NCBI GenBank assembly: GCA_965214405.1
Contig: OZ243956.1
Span: 3,104,001-3,168,000 of the forward strand
Direction: 5' to 3'
DNA: 64,000 nt
DNA from: Trueperaceae bacterium
Lineage (GTDB): Bacteria; Deinococcota; Deinococci; Deinococcales; Trueperaceae
Shown here: positions 18,212 through 27,225 of the stretch, piece by piece
Numbering within the stretch: the stretch's first letter is position 1
Layout: every line of letters begins with the position of its first letter
Notes under the pieces: model-generated
Databases searched by the model: none
The model's input: only the letters and a program-made list of their open reading frames with translations
Told to the model about the DNA's origin: nothing
Position numbers and translations under genes: made by a program

Positions 18212-19000
18212 ATGGACAGAGATGACTTGTACGGTAACCAGCTATCGGACCAAAGCTACGGTGACCAGACCTATGGCGAGGATTACACCACCTACCGCGA
18301 CACCTACAGCTACCGTGACTACGACTACCGTGACTACGGACAGAACTACGGCGACTATGGCGACCAAGAAGACGTCAACTGGGGGTCGGTCATCACGGGC
18401 GCACTCCTGACCGCGCTCGGCGGCTACCTCATTTATAGGGGCGTCTCGAGCGGCGACAGGAGCTACAGCTACGGTGACTACAACGACCAGTATGGCAACC
18501 AGTACAGCGAAGACCGCTCCGGGGGTATCGAGGTCGAGGAGAGCGTCATCATTAACAAACCCGCCTCGGAACTCTACAGCTACTGGCGCGACTTTGAAAA
18601 TCTGCCCAACGTGATGAGCCACCTTCAGTCGGTAAAAAGTCGGGGCACGCGCTTAGGCAACGAGATTTCTCACTGGGTCACTCAGGGGCCTGCCGGAACG
18701 CAGGTCGAGTGGGACGCGAAGCTCGTTGACGACCGCAGGAACGAACTCATCTCCTGGCGCTCCGAAGACGACACCACGGTGCCCAATGAAGGCTCGGTGC
18801 AGTTTGAAGAGGCCCCCGGCGGTCTCGGCACCAAAGTCGTTGTCTCCCTGACTTATCACCCGCCGGGCGGCGCGTTGGGCGCGGCGGTCGCGCGACTTTT
18901 CGGGGAAAACCCCGCGAAGCAAGTGCGCGAAGATTTAGATAAGTTTAGAGAGAACGTGGAGTCGGGGCAGATTCTACTTTCCGGCACGTCTAACTTCTAA
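18212..19000 (+). CDS. SRPBCC paralog with Tyr/Asp/Gly/Gln-rich N-terminal repeats
   Basis: Same core motifs (LYSYWRDFENLP..MSHL, SHWVTQGPAG, YHPPGG); SD GGAGA before ATG 18212. Confidence 0.85.
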   Translation: MDRDDLYGNQLSDQSYGDQTYGEDYTTYRDTYSYRDYDYRDYGQNYGDYGDQEDVNWGSVITGALLTALGGYLIYRGVSSGDRSYSYGDYNDQYGNQYSEDRSGGIEVEESVIINKPASELYSYWRDFENLPNVMSHLQSVKSRGTRLGNEISHWVTQGPAGTQVEWDAKLVDDRRNELISWRSEDDTTVPNEGSVQFEEAPGGLGTKVVVSLTYHPPGGALGAAVARLFGENPAKQVREDLDKFRENVESGQILLSGTSNF

Positions 19001-19018
19001 ACCTTCGTTTGTATGGTG

Positions 19019-19050
19019 AGGGAGTCGGCTCGAGCCGACTCCCTTTTTTT
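19019..19050 (+). terminator. Rho-independent terminator
   Basis: Perfect palindrome AGGGAGTCGGCTCGAGCCGACTCCCT followed by a T run. Confidence 0.85.
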
Positions 19051-19606
19051 CGGTCCCCCTTACTCATTGGTCACGTTCATTGGTTAACCGACCTAAAATT
19101 CATGCAGGGTTGTTTCTCGAGCCGCGCCACACTCTCCGTATTTTTTCGTTACGCGCTTGTGAAGAAGCTTCTTAGAAGTGCCGAAGCTCGCAGAAGTCTT
19201 GAGGTCCTGCCTGTGAACAAGATACTTTCCTGCTTTTCGTGCTCACGATAAAAGCTTTAGGGCGAGCTGAAACCCGAACGAAAAATCAGCCTCGTCTAGC
19301 GCGGTGAACGTCGCAACAAGCTTGAAGTGAGGCAGCTTTTCGCGCGGAACACGACTTTCAGGAATACCGAAAGCGCTTCATGCAGACTTTTGTCCGGGTA
19401 CGGGTGCAAGCTGACAACCGGACGAAATTCACCGCTGGTGAATAAAGGTTTGCCTGACGTGATAAAACTCGAGCCCCCAAAGTCTTGCTTCGTGCCGAAA
19501 GCAGTAAGAAAGGTCGAGTAGAAGGGCACTTCCGGTGGAGCTGGGGTTATTTCGGGTGTCACAGAAGCGTATATACAGACTTTTGTCCGGTCAACAGTGC
19601 AAGGGC

Positions 19607-19635
19607 TTGACGAATAGCGTATACGGGTGTAATAT
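19607..19635 (+). promoter_or_regulatory. Sigma70-type promoter in a long intergenic region
   Basis: TTGACG (19607-19612), 17-nt spacer, TAATAT (19630-19635). Confidence 0.5.
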
Positions 19636-20282
19636 AGAAAAATCAACGCGCTGAAGAAGGCGCGCTTTTTTTGTTTTTTCTTGCTGCCAACCGTTTATTC
19701 TTATCCACTATTGGACAGAGTCATAGGGGGCTACGCGGCTGTACCGGCGGCAAAAGCGCTCGAGAACTTTACACAGGCCAGTTATACAGTCCAGGTTGGT
19801 CAATATCAGTGAGGACCGAGCCGCGGGTACCGTCAGACCCGTTCTTCGCACGTTTATACGACTCGAGCCTGATGTTGCCGCCCTCTTTTGGCCCGGTAGA
19901 CATCACGGCGGGGCTGTCGGGCTGCTACCGCCATTATAGAGGGCGCTCGAAACAAGCTCGAGTTCCCACAAAAGCTCCCCTCAACAAGGGGATTTGGGGA
20001 TTTCCTCGATTGACTCTGCGGCAAACTTAAAGGAGGAAATTTCCCCTCAGTTCCCCCTTGCTGAGGGGGTCGGCAACGGATGTCCAAACATCCTCTACGG
20101 TAGCAGTGGCGGGCTCACGCCGGGAACGACGGTTACAACCTCTTTTATAGCCGACGTGACGACGTCGAGACCGCCTACTACATTTTTCAGAGCCCCGGCT
20201 GTTCTAACCCTTTGTCCTTGACAGCGCGAACGGAGGCGCACATCAAGCCGAACGAGGGTACACTATGCGCTTGGAGGAAAAC

Positions 20283-20876
20283 ATGGAAAAAAGCTGGCTA
20301 CACGTTCCTGAAAGGGACAACACGCCCGACGCGGTGCAAACGCTTTTTGATAAGTTTGAAGAGAAAACCGGGTCGATTCCCAATGTTGCACGCGTTTTCG
20401 CCCTCACCCCCGAGCACTTCTTGCGCTGGTTCAAATACTACGACTTTTTGACGCGTAACGAACAGAGCGCGCTCTCGCGCAAAGAACGTGAAATGATCGC
20501 GGTGGCGGTCTCCGCGGAGAATAGATGCGAATACTGCCTCGCCTCGCACGGCGCGTATTTGCGCGAGATTACAGGCGACCCCGCATTTGCCGACCTCTTA
20601 AGCCACAACTACCGCCGCGCGGAGTTAACGGAGCGCGAGCGGGCGCTCTTGGATTTTGCCGTGGCGCTGACGGGCGAGTCTTACAAGATGACGGAGGCGG
20701 GGTTGGAGCCCTTACGCGCTCTTGGGCTTTCCGACGAGACCATCTTCGAGGCGGCGCAGGTGGCGGCGATGTTCAATTTTACCAACCGCCTGGCCAACGC
20801 GCTCGGCTGGCGGCCCAACGAGGAATACTATAACCAGCACCGCGAGGTCAGAGAGCTTCAGCCAGCCTCCGACTAA
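20283..20876 (+). CDS. Peroxidase-related AhpD/CMD-family enzyme
   Basis: LSRKEREMIAVAVSAENRCEYCLASHG (CxxC..H) and AAMFNFTNRLA motifs; SD GGAGGA. Confidence 0.88.
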   Translation: MEKSWLHVPERDNTPDAVQTLFDKFEEKTGSIPNVARVFALTPEHFLRWFKYYDFLTRNEQSALSRKEREMIAVAVSAENRCEYCLASHGAYLREITGDPAFADLLSHNYRRAELTERERALLDFAVALTGESYKMTEAGLEPLRALGLSDETIFEAAQVAAMFNFTNRLANALGWRPNEEYYNQHREVRELQPASD

Positions 20877-21834
20877 GGCGCGCCGAACAGAGAAAGCCGC
20901 GTCCGGCGAGCGCGCCGAAAAACCAGACGTTGGGCGAGAGTTCCCGAACCAAAGGAGAATTATTCTCAGTTTTCGCGCGAACGCCCGTCCAAGTGGACAC
21001 GTGGGTAGCTTCCTTTAGGGCAGGCACGAACCAACTCCCCGCGCGTTGTAGTTGTTTGGCTGCCGTCGGATCTTCCTCACCTGCGGGGCGGTGGTTGCCG
21101 CCCGCATAAACGTGTTCTTTGCACCTCACCCCGTAAACCGCGCCTGCAAGGGGATAGGGCAGGTCGATGTCCGTATCAAGACCAACCACATCTCCGGCGA
21201 TACGCTCGAGCCCTGGCAGCGGTAAATCCGCGTTGAGGCTCGCCCCGACGCAAAGGACAACGGTTCGGGCGGAAAAGATTCCTTGTGGGGTGTGAACTGT
21301 AGAACCTTCTCCGCCAGCCTCGAGCCCCGTCACCCTACACGCTTCTATCACCACCGCCCCCCGCCGTTTTGCTGCAAGAATAAGCGCGTGTAAGAATCTA
21401 TGCGGCTCGAGCCAGCCCCCCCGCTCCACCAAAAAGCCACCGAAAGGCGCGTGATAGGCGGCGGGTATCTCATGATCTAGCCAGCGAACCCCGTCCCGCC
21501 CTCGCCACGTCTTGGCCTGCTTTTTGTTGGAGGCCACGCGCAGCACGCCCGTCTGGTGGACGCCGTGGTCTAGGCCGAAGTCCCTGAGTTCACTCACCAC
21601 CTGCCACATCGCCTCGAGCCCCTTCTTGTCCTCTTCGCTCGCTCTGGCGCTGCGGCCCCGGTAGGGGTTGAGGAGCGCGGCGGGTACCGATGAGGCTCCC
21701 TGTGTGCCAACATGACCTGCCTCGAGCAGCACCACCCGCCGCCCCCGTTTGCTAAGTTCATACGTCAGGGTGCAGCCCGCGACGCCGCCGCCCACGACCA
21801 GAACGGAACGTTTGTCGTCTTGTAAAGCCCTCAC
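20848..21834 (-). CDS. FAD-dependent oxidoreductase (DAO family; MnmC C-terminal-like)
   Basis: VVGGGVAG dinucleotide-binding motif, GASSVPAALLNP, WTGVRA and GALAGRGFL. Confidence 0.8.
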   Translation of the reverse strand: MRALQDDKRSVLVVGGGVAGCTLTYELSKRGRRVVLLEAGHVGTQGASSVPAALLNPYRGRSARASEEDKKGLEAMWQVVSELRDFGLDHGVHQTGVLRVASNKKQAKTWRGRDGVRWLDHEIPAAYHAPFGGFLVERGGWLEPHRFLHALILAAKRRGAVVIEACRVTGLEAGGEGSTVHTPQGIFSARTVVLCVGASLNADLPLPGLERIAGDVVGLDTDIDLPYPLAGAVYGVRCKEHVYAGGNHRPAGEEDPTAAKQLQRAGSWFVPALKEATHVSTWTGVRAKTENNSPLVRELSPNVWFFGALAGRGFLCSARLSRRLAEAL

Positions 21835-21979
21835 ATGTGCCAGTATAAAGGTGAGTAGAGCGGGTTTTGTAGAGGCTGAATTTTTCGGCGCAGGTATCGT
21901 CCCCTAAACCAGGCCTTAGACAGTAAAGGAACCGAACTTAGCTCAAACCAGGGTGCTACCTGCTACAGAAGGGAACGCA

Positions 21980-22441
21980 ATGTCTGAACTTTATTTGCTG
22001 ACCAAGGGAATCCACAACATTTTGCGCTGGGTGGTCGTGTTTGGCGCGGCCTGGGCGCTCCTCACCTCTTTCAGAGGCCTCTTTACCCGCGCGGCCTGGA
22101 CGAACAACGACAGGCGCGCCGGGCTGGTCTTTTCCTCCGCGCTGGGGCTTCAGCTCATCGTCGGCCTCTTGCTCTACGGGATAAGTCCGCTTATTTCCGG
22201 GGCGATGCAAAATATGAGCGCGGCCATGCAGAACACGCAGCTCCGGTTTTTTGTCGCGGAGCATCTCGCGATCATGATTCTGGCGGTGGTCGCGGCGCAG
22301 CTCGGCTATTCGCTCTCCAAACGCGCCGAGGGCGACCGGGCCAAGTTTATGCGCTCGAGTCTCGGCTACGGCGTCGCCACGCTGCTGGTACTCTACGCGA
22401 TTCCCTGGTGGCGTCCGCTGCTGCCCTGGTACTGGGGCTAA
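21980..22441 (+). CDS. Four-TM membrane protein (cytochrome b-like hypothetical)
   Basis: HNILRWVV, QLIVGLLLY, RFFVAEH..IMILAV and IPW; four hydrophobic segments. Confidence 0.75.
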   Translation: MSELYLLTKGIHNILRWVVVFGAAWALLTSFRGLFTRAAWTNNDRRAGLVFSSALGLQLIVGLLLYGISPLISGAMQNMSAAMQNTQLRFFVAEHLAIMILAVVAAQLGYSLSKRAEGDRAKFMRSSLGYGVATLLVLYAIPWWRPLLPWYWG

Positions 22442-22459
22442 GGGGTACTGGGGATAGTT

Positions 22460-23158
22460 TTAGAACGCTGTTTGCTTCGTCGCCACCAGCATCTCCCGCT
22501 TGCCGCCGGGCGGGCCGGGGCGCTTTTGAACTGCGAACCCCAGGGTCTGCAAACGGCGGCGCACAGCACCCTTGACGCAGTAGGAGCTTAGCGTCCCGCC
22601 AGGGATGAGCGCGCGGTAGAGCTTTTCCAAAAAATCCTCGCTCCAAAGCTCGGGGTTGGCGTCGGGGCTAAAAGCGTCCATGTAAACGGCGTCGTAGCGT
22701 CCCGGCTCGAGCCTCACTCCCGTCGCATTCCCGAGGCGCAACTCGAGCCTCACCCCTTCTGGCAGGTCAAAGGTATAACGTCCAACGGGCGGAGGTTCGG
22801 GCAGTTTGTCTCTCGTGTTAAAAAACACCTGGACTAAATTCTCGTGCTCGAGCCCCTCCTCATACCCTAGTTGTCTCACAACCTGGGAGGGGAGGAGGGC
22901 GCGCTCGAGCGCCACATACTCCAAGGGCGCGCCCGTCTTTAGGGCTAGGTCGGCGGTAACAAAGAAGTTGAGGCCGGTGCCGAAGCCTACCTCGAGCACG
23001 CGCGCGGGGCCGCCCCGCTCCAACCGCGCCGCGACCCCGGCACCCTCCAAAAAGACGTGCCGCGACTCCGTTACTGCGCCCCGGTGCGAGTGCATCGTCT
23101 GCTCGTAGTGGTCACTGTAGAGGGTGCGGCTGCCGTCGGCGGTGTTGACGATTCGCAT
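22460..23158 (-). CDS. mnmD: tRNA (5-methylaminomethyl-2-thiouridine)-methyltransferase MnmD (MnmC N-terminal domain)
   Basis: TADGSRTLYS, HS..GA..ES.HVF, LEVGFGTGLNF, DAFSPDANPELW, VRRRL...GF and GPPGGKREM motifs. Confidence 0.85.
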   Translation of the reverse strand: MRIVNTADGSRTLYSDHYEQTMHSHRGAVTESRHVFLEGAGVAARLERGGPARVLEVGFGTGLNFFVTADLALKTGAPLEYVALERALLPSQVVRQLGYEEGLEHENLVQVFFNTRDKLPEPPPVGRYTFDLPEGVRLELRLGNATGVRLEPGRYDAVYMDAFSPDANPELWSEDFLEKLYRALIPGGTLSSYCVKGAVRRRLQTLGFAVQKRPGPPGGKREMLVATKQTAF

Positions 23159-23220
23159 CACCCTCAATGTACCCGATGGACACAAAGCTGCCTCCTTGAC
23201 CCGCGCGTTAGACTTAGCGC

Positions 23221-24213
23221 ATGACCCTACCCTCCTGGCTTCATCCCTTCGAGCGCACCTTCCCGAGCGCCAACATGGTGCTCGTCCGGGGTGAAACGCC
23301 CGTGCTCATCGACACGGGTTTTGGGAGCGATATCAAAGAGACGGAAGCGCTTTTGCGGGTGGCAGGGGTGCCGCCGGAGGATTTGAGCCTCATCGTCAAC
23401 ACGCACTACCACTGCGACCACGTGGGCGGAAACCACGCGCTGCAAACGCGCTATGGCGCGCCCGTGGCGGCGCACCGCTGGGAGGGCTCGCTCGTCAACC
23501 GCCGCGACGCCGAGGCCTGCGGCGCATCGTGGCTGCGGCAGCCCGTCGAGCCCTACCGGGTGGACCGGCTGTTAGCGGAGGGTGATGTTATTGACGCGGG
23601 CGGCGTGACGCTGCGGGTGCTGCACACGCCGGGGCACACGCTCGGACACGTGTCGTTTTACGAGCCCCAGTCGCGGGTGCTGATTTTGGGCGACGCGGTG
23701 CATGGCGACGACGCGGCCTGGCTCAATCCTTTTCGGGAGGGCGTGGGGGCGCTCGAGCGCGCTATGGAAACGCTGGATAAGTTGCTCCACTTAGACGTGC
23801 AGTGGGCCTTGTCGGGTCACGGCGCGGCCATGACAGAACCCAAGAAAGCGTTTGGGCGCGCGTTACGACGTTATGAGAACTGGTCGAGAGAGCCCGAGCG
23901 TATGGCCTGGCACGGGGTCAAGCGTATTTTTGCCTACGCGCTTATGCTCGAGCGTGGCCTAACAGAAGAAGAACTCGAGCCTTATCTGTTCTCGAGCCCC
24001 TGGTTTTACGACTACAGCCGTTATGCGTTTGGGCTCGAGCCCGCCGCGTTCGTTGCGCCGCTTCTTGCGGAGATGCTCCGGTCGAGAGCGGCCCTCTGGG
24101 AAGCGGGAAAACTCGTGGCCGCCGCGCCTCACCGTTCGCCGCCGCCTGGTTGGTCTCCCGCGCAACACGCGCCGCGCTTATGGCCGGAGACGCGTTCTGT
24201 AAGGGCTTCCTGA
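23221..24213 (+). CDS. MBL-fold metallo-hydrolase
   Basis: LIDTG, THYHCDHVGG, HTPGHT, GDA and SGHG motifs. Confidence 0.88.
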   Translation: MTLPSWLHPFERTFPSANMVLVRGETPVLIDTGFGSDIKETEALLRVAGVPPEDLSLIVNTHYHCDHVGGNHALQTRYGAPVAAHRWEGSLVNRRDAEACGASWLRQPVEPYRVDRLLAEGDVIDAGGVTLRVLHTPGHTLGHVSFYEPQSRVLILGDAVHGDDAAWLNPFREGVGALERAMETLDKLLHLDVQWALSGHGAAMTEPKKAFGRALRRYENWSREPERMAWHGVKRIFAYALMLERGLTEEELEPYLFSSPWFYDYSRYAFGLEPAAFVAPLLAEMLRSRAALWEAGKLVAAAPHRSPPPGWSPAQHAPRLWPETRSVRAS

Positions 24214-24279
24214 ACCCTTTTACCCTCTTGCCTCACAACGGACACGCCTCGAGGGGCGGCCTTGGTATAAGCTGTTACC

Positions 24280-25116
24280 ATGCTTTTGGTCCTCGAGCGT
24301 ATGAGAAATGCCATTCTCGAAACGTTGTCCGCGGCGTGGACTTTTTTGTGGGCGTGGGTACGGGGTCTCCCTTGGGGCGCGTTCCGCTGGGACGTGCTCC
24401 GCTGGGATGTTCTGGGTTTGGGCGTGCTGCTCGTGCTTCTCGCCACGGTTCTCTTGCTGCGGCGACGGCGCGCGCCCGCCCCAAAGCCCGTATTTCCCGA
24501 CCTTAACGTGTCCTTGGGCTCCATCATGATTCACGCGCCCGTTCCTAAAACCGGCGGCTACAGGATGGACAACAGAGCCGACAACAGGGCTGATAACAGG
24601 GCCGACTACAGGAGCGAGGGCGGCTTAGTCTCGACCGAAACCGCCACGGAGGCTGTTAGCGAAACCCTGACCCTGCCCACCGAGCTCAACATGACGGTGA
24701 GTAACGCGAGCCCCTACTCGGTGCAGCTTTTAGAAGTGGCGTTAGAGACCGCGGCGATGGCCCGCCCTGTAAGCTTTTCCGTGACGCGCCTGCTTCTGGC
24801 GGACAGCGCAGTGCGGCTCAAGGAGCGCCTGCCCGCGCTGCGGGGCGAGGAGGGACGGCTCACGCTTTCGTTTTACGCCGCCGCCACACCCGACAAGTAT
24901 TTCCGGCTCCAGGCCGCTTTTTTCCTCGAGACGCCCGACCGCTACACCATTTCACCCCTCGAGCAGACGGTTAAACCAGCTAAACTGTCGGGTGAGAACA
25001 TCGAGCAAACAAGTAAGCGCCTCCGAAAGGGTGCGGAACCGCGTAGGAAAAGCGCAGCCGAGAGCACTGCCGAGCGCGAGGAGCGCAAAAAGCTCGAGTT
25101 TCCCGACGAGTTCTAA
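24280..25116 (+). CDS. Hypothetical membrane-anchored protein
   Basis: One TM helix followed by RRRR; short DNRA and RWDV tandem repeats; start uncertain. Confidence 0.6.
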   Translation: MLLVLERMRNAILETLSAAWTFLWAWVRGLPWGAFRWDVLRWDVLGLGVLLVLLATVLLLRRRRAPAPKPVFPDLNVSLGSIMIHAPVPKTGGYRMDNRADNRADNRADYRSEGGLVSTETATEAVSETLTLPTELNMTVSNASPYSVQLLEVALETAAMARPVSFSVTRLLLADSAVRLKERLPALRGEEGRLTLSFYAAATPDKYFRLQAAFFLETPDRYTISPLEQTVKPAKLSGENIEQTSKRLRKGAEPRRKSAAESTAEREERKKLEFPDEF

Positions 25117-25177
25117 TTCGGATTTTGGTGGTATTTCAGTGTTAAAGGTTGCCAAAGTGCCCCGGCCTTGTGTGCTC

Positions 25178-25205
25178 GTAACAAGGGGTTGCAACCCCTT
25201 GTTAC
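25178..25205. repeat. REP-like perfect palindrome, copy 1
   Basis: GTAACAAGGGGTTGCAACCCCTTGTTAC; the same core occurs at 28534-28557. Confidence 0.8.
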
Positions 25206-25302
25206 AGGGCGGTGTCCTTCTCAGGTAAACCACAACCCAGATTTTTGGACGCTGAAGCTTTGCGCGTTTGATGCGTTATGCTGACCCCACTTTGGAGGTC
25301 CG

Positions 25303-26409
25303 ATGAAACTTGAACGCATCGAAATGAGAGAGCTGCGCGTGAGGCTGCGTTTCCGTTTCGAAACAAGCTTTGGCGTTGAACAGGATTTACGTAAACTCCT
25401 CGTCACCGTCCGTTCGGAAGGGCTTACTGGCTACGGCGAGGCGACCGCGGGCACCGCCCCCGGTTATTCTTACGAAACCGTGGATTCCGCCTGGACGGTG
25501 CTGGCGCAGCATATCGTCTCGCAGGTTGTCGGCAAGGACTACGCCACGCCCGCGAAGTTTTTAGAGGCCGTCAAGCCCGTGCGCGGTCACAATATGGCGG
25601 TGGCGGCGCTCGAGAACGCCCTGTGGGACCTCCAGGCCAAGGCCGCCGGGCTGCCCCTCTGGGTGCTCCTGGGCGGCGCGCGCACCGCGCACCCGGTGGG
25701 CGCGTCGCTGGGCATCCAGGAGAGCGTGGAGGCGACGGTTGAGCTGGCGCACAAGCATATTGAAGAGGGTTATAAACGCCTCAAGTTCAAAATCAAGCCG
25801 GGTTGGGACGTGGCCCCCATGCGCGCCGTGCGTGAGGCGCTGCCCGAGATGCCCCTCACCGTGGACGCCAACAGTGCCTACCGTCTGACCGACGCCCGCG
25901 TTTTTCAGCAGCTTGACGAGCTCAACCTCGACTATATCGAACAGCCTTTGGCGCACGACGACTTAGTGGACCACGCGCGGCTTCAGGCCATGCTGGCAAC
26001 ACCCATATGCCTGGACGAGTCCATCCACTCGCCCGAGGACGCGCGCAAGGGTCTACAGCTCGACGCGGGGCGCGTGATTAATATTAAACAGGGGCGGGTG
26101 CGCGGCCTCCTTATGGCGCGGCGCACGCACGACGTGGCCCTGAGTTTTGGCGCGCCCGTCTGGTGCGGGGGGATGCTCGAGCTGGGCGTCGGGCGCGCGC
26201 ACAACCTCCACCTGAGTTCTCTGGAAGGTTTCACGCTGCCGGGCGACACGTCCAGCGCCTCGCGCTACTGGGATGAGGACATCGTCGAGCCGCTTTTGGA
26301 CGCGGTAGACGGCGTCCAGCACATCCCCGAGGGGCCGGGCTTGGGCGTCACGCTCAAAGAAGATTTAGTTGAGAGGCTGACGGTAAGGCAAGAAACGTTC
26401 CCGAGCTAG
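25303..26409 (+). CDS. menC: o-succinylbenzoate synthase / N-succinylamino acid racemase (enolase superfamily, NSAR/OSBS subfamily)
   Basis: FETSFG, KFKIKPGWD (KxK), DANSAY, EQPL, DESI, NIKQGRV, WCGGMLE and GDTSSASRYW motifs; physiological role (OSBS vs NSAR) uncertain because no men genes are nearby. Confidence 0.75.
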   Translation: MKLERIEMRELRVRLRFRFETSFGVEQDLRKLLVTVRSEGLTGYGEATAGTAPGYSYETVDSAWTVLAQHIVSQVVGKDYATPAKFLEAVKPVRGHNMAVAALENALWDLQAKAAGLPLWVLLGGARTAHPVGASLGIQESVEATVELAHKHIEEGYKRLKFKIKPGWDVAPMRAVREALPEMPLTVDANSAYRLTDARVFQQLDELNLDYIEQPLAHDDLVDHARLQAMLATPICLDESIHSPEDARKGLQLDAGRVINIKQGRVRGLLMARRTHDVALSFGAPVWCGGMLELGVGRAHNLHLSSLEGFTLPGDTSSASRYWDEDIVEPLLDAVDGVQHIPEGPGLGVTLKEDLVERLTVRQETFPS

Positions 26410-26843
26410 AGACCGGCGGGATCAAAGGCGGGCTCGAGCGGGTCGAGAAATGTCACGCCCTCGAGCCCGCCTCCTGTATTGAAGTCCTCGCTTAACACAA
26501 TAGGGATTTGGTTGAGCTTGGCGACGGCCCAGATTTGGGCGTCGTAGTAGGAGAGTCTATAGTCTCTCATGCCGCGAACGGCCTCGAGCACCACCGCAGG
26601 CGTGAGCGGATAGACGGGAAAGGCGACTTCGTAGTCTTCCACCTGCGCGTAAACGTCCGCGGGCAGGTGTTTAAGTTTGTGTAGGGTGACGTTGGAGAAC
26701 TCCGCGAGCACTTGGGCGCTTAGGGCACCGCTGTCGTTCTTCATAAGGTGGTCGAGGACCGCTCGAGCGCGCGTCCGCTTAAGTGCATCACGGGTGTCAT
26801 GCGGATAGACGAGCACGTTTGTATCAATAAGGTAGCGGATCAC
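26406..26843 (-). CDS. PIN-domain toxin (VapC-like)
   Basis: YLIDTNVLVY, SAQVLAEF, LSYYDAQIWA and LSEDF motifs; GTG start overlaps the antitoxin stop (GTGA). Confidence 0.88.
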   Translation of the reverse strand: MIRYLIDTNVLVYPHDTRDALKRTRARAVLDHLMKNDSGALSAQVLAEFSNVTLHKLKHLPADVYAQVEDYEVAFPVYPLTPAVVLEAVRGMRDYRLSYYDAQIWAVAKLNQIPIVLSEDFNTGGGLEGVTFLDPLEPAFDPAGL

Positions 26844-27169
26844 GCCTTTTCTGCCTCCTCTTCCACCCTCTCTTCTGCCGCCTCGCGCGCTCCCCACTTC
26901 GTAAAGCGCCGGTCCTCCTCGTAAAGCTCCTGGCGGTTGAAACGGTATCCTTCGGGGAAGGCGTGCGTTTTGGCGAGGGCGTCGGCCCGCTCCAAAAGCC
27001 TCTCCAGGGCTTCGACCCGCATTTTTTGAGGGGCGGTGTAAGGCTCTTCACGAAATGCCTCGTTTAGCGCCCGCCGCACCACCTCCGCCTCGGTCACACC
27101 CAACTCTTTGGCCCGACGCTTGAGCGCCTTGTCCTGCGCCTCTTCGATGTAAAGCTGTTTTCTGATCAT
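26840..27169 (-). CDS. Ribbon-helix-helix antitoxin (VapB/CopG-like)
   Basis: MIRKQLYIEE.QD.ALKRRAKELGVTEAEVVRRAL; C-terminal FNRQELYEE; leaderless TATAAT-N6-ATG. Confidence 0.82.
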   Translation of the reverse strand: MIRKQLYIEEAQDKALKRRAKELGVTEAEVVRRALNEAFREEPYTAPQKMRVEALERLLERADALAKTHAFPEGYRFNRQELYEEDRRFTKWGAREAAEERVEEEAEKA

Positions 27170-27225
27170 GCCTACATTATATACATCGCGCCTAAATATA
27201 TCAAATGGTGAAGGACGTAAATCTG

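Noticed and set aside
19150..19800. Possible replication origin (TTATCCACT and other DnaA-box-like 9-mers)
   Set aside because: No perfect DnaA boxes, no cluster, and no dnaA/rep/par gene adjacent.
24565..24612. 12-bp tandem repeat encoding DNRA
   Set aside because: Short in-frame linker expansion with no evidence of phase variation.
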